Shown here one piece after another: positions 8,660 through 16,335 of a stretch of 21,359 nucleotides of DNA. Source of the stretch: an archaeon (GTDB taxonomy: Archaea; Asgardarchaeota; Thorarchaeia; Thorarchaeales; Thorarchaeaceae). Both the position numbers and the translations under genes were made by a program. The stretch covers positions 1 to 21,359 of the forward strand of contig JAJRZD010000117.1 of assembly GCA_024275415.1 (NCBI GenBank), in the 5' to 3' direction. Each line of letters begins with the position of its first letter. Position 1 is the stretch's first letter. The notes beneath the pieces are model-generated. The model saw nothing but the letters and a program-made list of their open reading frames with translations, was not told the origin of the DNA and ran no database searches.

Positions 8660-9112
8660 TCATGCTACCTCCGGGTTTCTCCAGCCAAGTTCATGGCTCA
8701 GTTCACCAATGGTAATATATTTCATAGTAAGACTTCGATACTTTGAGGCTTCCAGCACAATCTTCTCCTTGTCTGCATATTCCTCGGGTACACCAATGAA
8801 CACATGAATGCGTTTCAATGCCGACTTGCCACGAGGCTTAGGCCATGGTAGCATCCCACGGATCATCCTGCGTACCATCTTATCAGGACGTCTGTGATGG
8901 AAGGGCCCTTTACGGGGATTGTATGAGGTCCTGATGTTGCTCTTTTCCTTCCATTCATTAATCACAGTACGTCGATCGCCAGTGAGGATTGCCTTCTCGG
9001 CATTGACTATTACAACCTTACTACCGAGTAGGGCAGCTTTTGCGGCTTTTGCACTTAGCCTACCGACGACCATGTTCTCCGCATCGAAGATTTTAATCGT
9101 TTGCTCGCTCAT
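8660..9112 (-). CDS. rpl13: 50S ribosomal protein uL13
   Basis: DAEN..VGRLS..AAK, IVNAEKA..TG, GPFH.RRPD...RR.IRGMLP. Confidence 0.97.
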   Translation of the reverse strand: MSEQTIKIFDAENMVVGRLSAKAAKAALLGSKVVIVNAEKAILTGDRRTVINEWKEKSNIRTSYNPRKGPFHHRRPDKMVRRMIRGMLPWPKPRGKSALKRIHVFIGVPEEYADKEKIVLEASKYRSLTMKYITIGELSHELGWRNPEVA

Positions 9113-9121
9113 CTAGACCAC

Positions 9122-9484
9122 CTACGTGATAATCACAACGCCCTTCCCTTTCGGCTCTTGCGAAAGGAGATCGTTGATTGAGATCAGTGAACCTCCAGCG
9201 CCGACAATAACAGAACGGGCACCAGCAGATGCATTGAGCGCTGCGACAGTGACCTTGTGAGGTAACATACCTGAACCGAGTACCTTCCCAGGCACTACGA
9301 CAATATCACCTTCATGGGTATGGCGTCCGATCTTTCCAACATTGACAGCAGCCCGTTTTCTTGCAGGACGGGATAGCAGTTCAGCTACTCTCTTCCAAAT
9401 TCTCACATTATGTTTTGTGGACATCTTTTTCAGCGCGTTAATCAATGCGCGCGTATTAGGGTCAGTTGCTCCAGATTGTATCAT
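9122..9484 (-). CDS. rpl18e: 50S ribosomal protein eL18
   Basis: IWKRVAELLSRP.R.R..VNVGKI, VVVPGKVLGSG motifs. Confidence 0.96.
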   Translation of the reverse strand: MIQSGATDPNTRALINALKKMSTKHNVRIWKRVAELLSRPARKRAAVNVGKIGRHTHEGDIVVVPGKVLGSGMLPHKVTVAALNASAGARSVIVGAGGSLISINDLLSQEPKGKGVVIIT

Positions 9485-9495
9485 TTTTGGCTCCC

Positions 9496-10296
9496 TCAGA
9501 GTGAATTTGCAAAGTCTAGAGCCACTTGGACTCGTTCCTTGAGGAGCTCCGCGGACTTTACCACAATCTCCTCAGGAGGAAGCGAGCCTGTGGACTCGAC
9601 CTTGAACAAGAAGCTGTCAGGCTTCGAGTCGATGGTAATGGCTCCTGCTTCACACTCTTCCACACATGCTTCACATAGTGAACAATCCAAGGTGTTCTGT
9701 GTTGCAAGGGTGTTTCCATTGAGCCTCAGAATCTTCTTCGGACAGACCTCAACACAGTCACCGCACAGTGTGCATTTTGACTTATCGACAGTGACCAGTG
9801 GCACATATTTGTAGGCTACAGTTGCAACGGGCTGGAACTTGGCGTTCTCGACACCTCTTCCAAGTCGTGCATATGCCTCAATGATGATTCGCTGGTGTGG
9901 TGCCAACTTTACGAGAGGAATGTCTCCTGAGGCGGGAACTACCTTTGGGTCTTGAGAGGAAAGGTCGCGGGAGAACACCATGATCTCCTCATCCCCAGCT
10001 TCTTTCTCAAGGGTCAAGGTGCATTGACAGAGACTGCATCCTTTCCCTTCGCAATCGCATTTATCAGGAAGGTTATAGTCTTCGAGTATCGTGGTCAGTG
10101 GGACGAGTCCCAGCCTATGTGCCAACATTTCGTCATACATGACACTTGTATTCTCGATGACCAACACCTCGTCGATTGCCATCGCAGGTAGCCGAGTTAA
10201 CATGGTCCTACGTAGCGCATTCGCGAATGCTACATCCATGCCTTCAAGGATGAATTTGATGTTATGTTCTGTCTTCTCAAGGATTGTTATTTCCAT
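9496..10296 (-). CDS. rpoD: RNA polymerase subunit D (Rpo3) with Zn-loop and ferredoxin-like insertion
   Basis: ANALRR, ENTSVMYDEMLAHRLGLVP, G.G.ENAKFQP motifs; CxCxxxxCxxC plus two CxxCxxCxxxC motifs. ATG at 10296 is preferred over the track's 10326. Confidence 0.96.
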   Translation of the reverse strand: MEITILEKTEHNIKFILEGMDVAFANALRRTMLTRLPAMAIDEVLVIENTSVMYDEMLAHRLGLVPLTTILEDYNLPDKCDCEGKGCSLCQCTLTLEKEAGDEEIMVFSRDLSSQDPKVVPASGDIPLVKLAPHQRIIIEAYARLGRGVENAKFQPVATVAYKYVPLVTVDKSKCTLCGDCVEVCPKKILRLNGNTLATQNTLDCSLCEACVEECEAGAITIDSKPDSFLFKVESTGSLPPEEIVVKSAELLKERVQVALDFANSL

Positions 10297-10508
10297 GAAC
10301 GCCACCCAAATGGTAGTTGCACCCAAAAGACACTGTTCCCGGACGGACTCGCCAAATGACTGTCAATCTATTTAGCTCTGTCGCCCGTGTCCTGGGCAAC
10401 TTGTTCACAATTTTGTTTGTATAAAAGAGTTCGGGTTTGGCGCTCGTCAGAGTGAATCAAAACGAACGGCGTGCTCTAACAGGTAATGAAACGTGTGTAT
10501 AAATACAA

Positions 10509-10532
10509 AGAGCATCCCTTATGAGATGCTCT
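10509..10532 (-). terminator. Hairpin terminator candidate downstream of GTPase gene
   Basis: AGAGCATC/GATGCTCT 8-bp stem 5 nt past the stop codon, followed by a T-rich tract on the minus strand. Confidence 0.5.
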
Positions 10533-10536
10533 CGTC

Positions 10537-11034
10537 TTAAGCTGCTACCTGTACCAAATCGCGAAGCCCAGAAACAATCATCTTGTACCCGTTGATACGT
10601 TCCTTGGGATCGATAGCAACCATCCCGAACGTGGGGATGCCCAGAAGGTCTTGAACGGATTCTGGCTTCATTGCTCCCGGAAGGTCTTGTTTGTTCGCCA
10701 CTGCAATCAGGTCAACATTCTGAAGATGATCCTTGTACTTGTGAAGTAGTTGACGGGTCTTCAGCACTGCCTTGGGAGTGCTTTCGGTCACGACGACAAC
10801 AAGCTTGCTACCTTTCAGAAGGTCGGCCCACATGAACTCGAAGTGACTCTGTCCGCCCATCTCGACAAGCGAAACCTTGGTCGAATCATCAAGGGTGATA
10901 GTGCCACAGTCCATACCTGGAGTAGGGCGGTAGTTGGTTTCTAACTTCTTCGTTCCATCGGTTAGCAATTTGATCAATGTAGACTTGCCTGCATAACCAG
11001 AGCCCATGAGAGATACTTTAACGTACTGGGTCAT
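10537..11034 (-). CDS. Small Ras-superfamily GTPase (Arf/Arl-like, Asgard type)
   Basis: G1 GSGYAGKST, G2 PT, G3 EMGGQ, 'F...W' switch II, G4 NKQD; 165 aa; GAGGAG Shine-Dalgarno upstream. Confidence 0.88.
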   Translation of the reverse strand: MTQYVKVSLMGSGYAGKSTLIKLLTDGTKKLETNYRPTPGMDCGTITLDDSTKVSLVEMGGQSHFEFMWADLLKGSKLVVVVTESTPKAVLKTRQLLHKYKDHLQNVDLIAVANKQDLPGAMKPESVQDLLGIPTFGMVAIDPKERINGYKMIVSGLRDLVQVAA

Positions 11035-11267
11035 TTTGGTTGACTCCTCTTGCCTGTATATACATGTACAACATCGGAATTTGACTAGCTGTATTTCCTA
11101 TGTAACACAAACGTGATGTTAGAATTAGAACTCATAAAGACGTACCAGATGTCGAATAATCCTTGGTATTGTTATCCGAGTCCCAAGAATTGTTTGTGGT
11201 AAGAACATACATGGCGAATAGAAGCTCTTAACAAGACTCCGAGTCTGAAAGAGCAGGAGCTGGCAGT

Positions 11268-12260
11268 ATGTCTGAAAAGGATTCGATAAGGGTCATCATT
11301 GCAGATGATGCCATCAACCAATTGGACAGTGTCCTGACCGATTACAAACGCCCTCTTATCATAAGCGATGTTATGATATTTGATAAATATGGTGCCCATG
11401 TCGAGAATCTTGTCAAGGCTGATGTGATTTGGTCCATATCGCCTGACTATAAGAAGGGACTAGTAGCACGTTTCAGCGGTGTTGATATCATCCTTGGTTT
11501 TGGAGGGGGGAAGAGTATCGACTTGGCCAAACTGTTTGCCAGTGATGCTGGACTGGAGTGGGTTTCGGTGCCTACTGCTGCATCACATGACGGGATTGCC
11601 AGTGATGTTGCCTCTGTCATGCATAACAGTTACAGGTATTCTGTGAAGTGCAAACAACCAAAGTTAGTTCTTGCCGACCTGACGATAATCTCGACCGCTC
11701 CGAAAATTCTTACAAGGTCAGGGATAGGGGATATCATCTCAAAGACATCAAGTCTGGCAGAGTGGCGGTTGGCATCTGAGTGTGCGGGAGAGCCCTTAGA
11801 TGAGAAAATCTATGGCACAGTGGACCATTCGCTTGAGGCAGTATTGCGGGATGGTGGTCTTGGAACACTGGTTAGATCAGTAATCGAAACAGGTATGGCA
11901 ATGACCGCATTTGGTAGCTCCAGACCATGCTCAGGAACCGAGCATGCAATATCTCATGCAATGGATAGACGTATGCAAAGTCTACATGGACTGCAGGTCG
12001 CATTTGCAACACCCCTGAGCCTGTATTTCCTGGAGGAAGCGGGATATGCCAAGCACTCTTCGAGAGGCATCGTTGAGTTCATGAGGAGAAAGATGATGCC
12101 GACCACCCTGCGGGAACTGGACATGTCGAGAGATCTGTTCCTCGATGATATCCACCACGCCTTGAAAATCATGGAGAAAAGGAACCGTTATTCTGTACTC
12201 AAACATTGCAAAGCAACGGATACAGATATTCTTAATGCAATCTCAGAACTGAACTATTAG
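11268..12260 (+). CDS. egsA: sn-glycerol-1-phosphate dehydrogenase
   Basis: GFGGGKSID.AK, SVPTAASHDG.AS, GIGD..SK, SRPCSGTEH..SH..D and HG.QV motifs. Confidence 0.88.
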   Translation: MSEKDSIRVIIADDAINQLDSVLTDYKRPLIISDVMIFDKYGAHVENLVKADVIWSISPDYKKGLVARFSGVDIILGFGGGKSIDLAKLFASDAGLEWVSVPTAASHDGIASDVASVMHNSYRYSVKCKQPKLVLADLTIISTAPKILTRSGIGDIISKTSSLAEWRLASECAGEPLDEKIYGTVDHSLEAVLRDGGLGTLVRSVIETGMAMTAFGSSRPCSGTEHAISHAMDRRMQSLHGLQVAFATPLSLYFLEEAGYAKHSSRGIVEFMRRKMMPTTLRELDMSRDLFLDDIHHALKIMEKRNRYSVLKHCKATDTDILNAISELNY

Positions 12261-12360
12261 CAGGTGCAGTTCGACAGTTTTAAAAGATGATACTCCGAGG
12301 CGCGCAGAGGACAACAGCCTAATGTTGTCAGATCCATATTCATTCCTATGAATATCAGGA

Positions 12361-12385
12361 TACCAATGAAGTATGAACTGAGGTA
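12361..12385 (+). promoter_or_regulatory. Kink-turn in rpl7ae 5' UTR (L7Ae autoregulatory element)
   Basis: UACC-AAU-GA-AG-[UAUGAA]-CU-GA-GGUA: 4-bp C-stem, 3-nt bulge ending in U, tandem G.A/A.G pairs and an NC stem. It overlaps the GAGGT Shine-Dalgarno, 7 nt before the ATG. Confidence 0.8.
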
Positions 12386-12392
12386 GACATTT

Positions 12393-12764
12393 ATGCCAAA
12401 GCCAAGTTTTGTAGACTGGGAACCCACTGAGGAACTCCAAAAGAAGGCTCTTGAAGCCCTAGAAATTGCCAAGGATACTGGCAGGATAAAGAAAGGCATC
12501 AATGAGGCTACAAAGAGCATCGAACGAGGAATCGCTCGGCTGGTGGTCATCGCAGAGGACGTAGAACCTCCCGAAATCACCATGTATATGCCAGGACTGT
12601 GTGATGATAAGAAAGCCCCATACATTTACGTGCCAAACAAGAAGGATCTAGGCAGTGCAGCAGGCATCGAACGTCCCACCGCGGCCGTCGCGATTATTGT
12701 CGAAGGCAAAGCAAAGGATCTGGTCGACGACATTGTCGGAAAGATCGCAGGACTCAGAAAGTGA
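12393..12764 (+). CDS. rpl7ae: Ribosomal protein eL8 / L7Ae (K-turn binding)
   Basis: [29 protein letters not shown]...LC..K..PY.YV motifs. Confidence 0.97.
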   Translation: MPKPSFVDWEPTEELQKKALEALEIAKDTGRIKKGINEATKSIERGIARLVVIAEDVEPPEITMYMPGLCDDKKAPYIYVPNKKDLGSAAGIERPTAAVAIIVEGKAKDLVDDIVGKIAGLRK

Positions 12765-12788
12765 TAATGTTCAAGGGGATAGAGTCAG

Positions 12789-13010
12789 ATGAGTAAAGAC
12801 GAAATCACGCCCGCAATTCCAGCGGAAGTCATCCAGTTACTGGGGCGGACTGGTGTGACTGGGGAAATCACTCAGGTTCGAGTGAAAATTCTCGATGGTA
12901 GAGACAAGGGTCGAGTCCTCACACGGAATGTGAAAGGACCAGTCAGGATGGGCGACATCCTTATCCTTCGTGAAACAGAACGCGAAGCTCGTAAAATGAG
13001 GAGGCGCTGA
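12789..13010 (+). CDS. rps28e: 30S ribosomal protein eS28
   Basis: [41 protein letters not shown]. Confidence 0.98.
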   Translation: MSKDEITPAIPAEVIQLLGRTGVTGEITQVRVKILDGRDKGRVLTRNVKGPVRMGDILILRETEREARKMRRR

Positions 13011-13015
13011 ACAGA

Positions 13016-13216
13016 ATGGTCACTACTCAACGCTGCGTATTCTGTGGGAAAGACATTGAACCCGGCACAGGTTCTGCCTTCGTCCAGACTAAAGATGGGT
13101 CTGTGCTCTGGTTTTGTGGTTCCAAGTGTAAAAAAGCGCGGATTGAGCGAAAGCAAAAACCGCGCCGGACTAAATGGACAACTGGATTTGAAAAAGGCGG
13201 TAAGCCCAAACGTTGA
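13016..13216 (+). CDS. rpl24e: 50S ribosomal protein eL24
   Basis: CVFCG..IEPGTG..FV..DG....FC.SKC...PR...WT. Confidence 0.97.
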   Translation: MVTTQRCVFCGKDIEPGTGSAFVQTKDGSVLWFCGSKCKKARIERKQKPRRTKWTTGFEKGGKPKR

Positions 13217-13232
13217 ATTGAGAATGGACAGC

Positions 13233-13249
13233 GTGGCACAGTGTGCCAC
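13233..13249. terminator. Hairpin between convergent rpl24e and ndk
   Basis: GTGGCAC-AGT-GTGCCAC perfect 7-bp stem in the 42-nt convergent gap. Confidence 0.5.
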
Positions 13250-13258
13250 CATCCCCAT

Positions 13259-13924
13259 TTATTTTGCCTTTTCAACCTCTTCAACGATGAAATCGAAGAT
13301 GGCAGATGCGAGATTCCTAACCTGTTCAGGGGGGATGCCATCTGCATCCTTTCCAAGCAGGTCAATCAACCTCTGAAAGACACCTTCTGAAGTATCATGA
13401 TTCACAATCGCATTCCTGACGACATCACGGATCTCCATAGTAAAATCTGCAGTGCCAGGAAGATACCTATCAATATAGGCTTGAGCTTTCTCTTGAGCAT
13501 CTGATGACTCGGAAAGGCCTCCATGTGTTGTCCATAGCTCGATTTCTTTGGCTGCTGTTTCTGGAGCGTCAGAGGCATGCGCGATATTTACGCCCGCCCA
13601 GATCCCATACTTGCCTCGCAGGGAATCGGGGTCTGCCTTCTGCACGAAGGTGGCTCCAAGAGTGTTTCGAATTATCGGAATCGCATTATCAGCCTCAAGA
13701 ATCATGGTAAGGACAGGTGCAGAAGATATGAAATTCACAAGCCACGAGAAGAAGGGTTTGTCCTTGTGGACATCGTAGTGCATCCGTGCGACTGATTCGG
13801 GGACTTGCATCTCCTTGAATGCTTTTACTTTGAGACCTTGGTCTAGCAATGCTTTGAGGACGAGAGCACTGACTCTTCGCCGAACAGTACCATCGGGTTT
13901 GATTATGACGAGAGATTGTTCCAA
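13259..13924 (-). CDS. ndk: Nucleoside diphosphate kinase with ~80-aa C-terminal extension
   Basis: IIKPDG, HY..H..KPFF, SLRG.YG, NIAHASD (phospho-His). TTG start with GGTGA Shine-Dalgarno upstream. Confidence 0.92.
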   Translation of the reverse strand: MEQSLVIIKPDGTVRRRVSALVLKALLDQGLKVKAFKEMQVPESVARMHYDVHKDKPFFSWLVNFISSAPVLTMILEADNAIPIIRNTLGATFVQKADPDSLRGKYGIWAGVNIAHASDAPETAAKEIELWTTHGGLSESSDAQEKAQAYIDRYLPGTADFTMEIRDVVRNAIVNHDTSEGVFQRLIDLLGKDADGIPPEQVRNLASAIFDFIVEEVEKAK

Positions 13925-14082
13925 TTCATTTCACCAATCAGTTGTTTTGACACAATAATATCTGCATCAATACTGTTGCCTGAGCTAGACATTGGTTATT
14001 TGAGACTTGTGTCAGCTCCACAAACGACACTTTCATATGCTATCACAGGGAGCGGGAGGACAACCTAATGAGGTGCTGGGCA

Positions 14083-15864
14083 TTGACCGAGTCAGGAAAA
14101 CTCCGTTCTCCAATAGTGACCGTGCTTGGACATATAGATCATGGAAAGACATCCCTATTAGATAAGATGAGGGGGACTGGGGTTCAAGAAAGAGAAGTGG
14201 CTGGTATCACACAGCATATCGGGGCGTCTTTCTTCCCCACAGAAACAATTGAATCAATTTGCGGGGATCTATTGAAATCGGTCAACACACAGCTCTCAAT
14301 AGATGGACTACTCTTCATAGACACCCCAGGACACGAGGCGTATCTCAACCTCAGAAGAAGAGGGGGAGCTATCGCAGACATTGCAATACTCGTGGTTGAC
14401 ATCAATGAAGGGGCATTGACACAGACCTACGAGTCATTGAAAATCCTGAAGTCCGGCAAGACCCCCTTTTTGATTGCGGCTAACAAGATGGACAAGATAC
14501 CGGGATGGAGGTCAAAGCCCGAGATTCCCTTGATGGAATCAATCAAGTCACAGACCACATCTGTACAGGGCGAGCTCGACCGTCGGTTGTACGAGATTGT
14601 AGGCGCATTATCTGCGAACAAAATCGATTCTGAGCGGTTCGACAGGGTGAGGGACTTCAAGAAGACAGTGGCCATCGTCCCGACCAGCGCAAAAACAGGC
14701 GAAGGGATACCGGAACTTCTGATGGTACTCTCAGGTCTTACGCAGCAATACATGAAGGACAGACTGACAATATCAACAGGTCCTGCAAAGGGCGCTGTCC
14801 TTGAAATCCGAGAGGAAACTGGACTTGGACTCACTCTTGACACAATCATCTATGATGGTGTGTTGCGGAAAACCGATACCATCGTTGTGGGGGGACTGGA
14901 CAAGGTGGTCGTTGCTAAGATCAGGGCCCTTTTGCAGCCGAAAGCACTAGATGAGATTCGAGATCCCAAGGAGAAGTTCTCTCAGGTATCTGAAGTTCAT
15001 GCTGCAGCCGGTGTGAAAATAGTTGCGCCTGACATAGAGGGTGCTGTGGCGGGCGCTCCAGTGTATGCGGTCGATGACCCAGAGAATCTTGAAGGAGTCA
15101 AACAGAAGGTTCGCGACGAGGTCAGTTCGATCAGGATACAGACTGACAAATCGGGGATCGTCTTGAAGACCGATACTCTGGGATCACTTGAAGCGGTTTC
15201 GCAGTTCTTGCAAGAACGGAATGTCCCTATTAGAAGTGCGGATGTGGGGCCCATTGTGAAGCGTGATGTGGTCGAAGCACGGGCAGCCGGAGACACGGAT
15301 CCTCTCAATGCAGTAATCATCGGATTCAATGTAAAGTTCGCACCGGACATTGAGGAACTGGCGGCAGAATATGGAGTCGAGGTGTTCCTGAACGAAGTTA
15401 TCTATCGCCTATATGACGAATACAATGCATGGATAATGGTCAAACGGGAACAAGCAAAGGCAGAGTCTCTTAGCAGCATCATCCGGCCAGGGAAGGTCGA
15501 GATACTTCCACAGTATATCTTTAGACACAGCAAACCTGCAGTCGTAGGAGTCAAAGTTCATGGAATGATAAAACCACGAATCGGGTTGATGAACAGTAGT
15601 GGGAAGCGGGTGGGAATCATATTACAGATACAAGACCGAAGCGTTAACATTGACGAAGCGACAACAGGGATGGAAGTAGCCCTGTCTATCAGGGGTCCAA
15701 CAGTGGGACGACAGATCAACGATGATGAGGTGCTTTATGTTGATATCCCAGACTCACAAGTATTGGCAATTCGCCAGAAGTTCATGGACGACCTGACACA
15801 ACCTGAAATTGAAGTCTATGAAGAAATCGTTCAGATAAAACGGAACGCAGGCCGCTTCGTATGA
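14083..15864 (+). CDS. infB: Translation initiation factor aIF5B (IF-2 homolog)
   Basis: LRSPIVTVLGHIDHGKT, GITQHIGA, DTPGHEAY, NKMD, GSLEA, F..S.PA.VGV motifs. TTG at 14083 follows GAGGTG; the track's ATG at 14068 is an alternative. No intein seen. Confidence 0.97.
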   Translation: MTESGKLRSPIVTVLGHIDHGKTSLLDKMRGTGVQEREVAGITQHIGASFFPTETIESICGDLLKSVNTQLSIDGLLFIDTPGHEAYLNLRRRGGAIADIAILVVDINEGALTQTYESLKILKSGKTPFLIAANKMDKIPGWRSKPEIPLMESIKSQTTSVQGELDRRLYEIVGALSANKIDSERFDRVRDFKKTVAIVPTSAKTGEGIPELLMVLSGLTQQYMKDRLTISTGPAKGAVLEIREETGLGLTLDTIIYDGVLRKTDTIVVGGLDKVVVAKIRALLQPKALDEIRDPKEKFSQVSEVHAAAGVKIVAPDIEGAVAGAPVYAVDDPENLEGVKQKVRDEVSSIRIQTDKSGIVLKTDTLGSLEAVSQFLQERNVPIRSADVGPIVKRDVVEARAAGDTDPLNAVIIGFNVKFAPDIEELAAEYGVEVFLNEVIYRLYDEYNAWIMVKREQAKAESLSSIIRPGKVEILPQYIFRHSKPAVVGVKVHGMIKPRIGLMNSSGKRVGIILQIQDRSVNIDEATTGMEVALSIRGPTVGRQINDDEVLYVDIPDSQVLAIRQKFMDDLTQPEIEVYEEIVQIKRNAGRFV

Positions 15865-15913
15865 CACGGATCACAATTTGTTCAGGACAACAGGCACATC
15901 AGAGGTAGTAAGG

Positions 15914-16228
15914 TGCGACGGCCCTCCCACATCGATTGTCGGTTCTCGGTAGGCTAGTCAGCCGCATTCCTCGGAGCGGCACCCTCTGAGGCTCCACACC
16001 TCATCCTTAGGACTGCTCCCGCCAGGACCTAGCCCGGTTCGGATGTCTAAGCGCGCTCACAGCAAACCTACGTCTGCTGCTGCGGCCGATGCAGACTTCA
16101 GAGACCACTCGTCAACGTCCTGCGACTGGACCTACGTCGTCCCGGTTCAACCTCAGTGGTTGTTACTGGTCCCGGTATTGCCATTCCGGTCACAGGTCGC
16201 GGCAAACGACCCGACCCTACCCGTCGCA
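15914..16228 (-). ncRNA. ffs: Signal recognition particle RNA (archaeal 7S/SRP RNA)
   Basis: Terminal helix TGCGACGG/CCGTCGCA. Alu domain with helix 3 (GGTCG/CGACC), UGUNR motif TGTGA, helix 4 (CCGG/CCGG) and loop-loop complementarity TTGCC/GGCAA. Helix 8 CCGAAC..TAGG-TCC-TGGC-GGG-AGCA. Length ~315 nt. Confidence 0.9.
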
Positions 16229-16287
16229 TTCTAACTCCACATCTATGAGGAATTAAGGGTTGCGGAAAGGCGCATGACCTAGTATTA

Positions 16288-16316
16288 TGATGGACATCTC
16301 AGAAGATGTCCAGTCA
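16288..16316. other. Strong hairpin between tRNA-Ser 3' end and SRP RNA 5' end
   Basis: TGGACATCT-CAGA-AGATGTCCA perfect 9-bp stem, extendable by TGA/TCA across one bulged G. Confidence 0.55.
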
Positions 16317-16335
16317 AAATCAGAACAGAAAAGGA

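Noticed and set aside
11055-11070. Perfect palindrome TGTATATACA followed by TGTACA upstream of the GTPase
   Set aside because: Most simply a TATA-like element; no second copy or regulator links it to an operator role.
11234-11246. AGACTC-C-GAGTCT palindrome before egsA
   Set aside because: Single short instance; half-site orientation differs from the palindrome at 17527, so no shared regulon can be claimed.
15914-16228. RNase P RNA as the identity of the GC-rich intergenic RNA
   Set aside because: No GAGGAAAGUCC or other P4 conserved regions; the Alu domain and helix 8 motifs identify it as SRP RNA.
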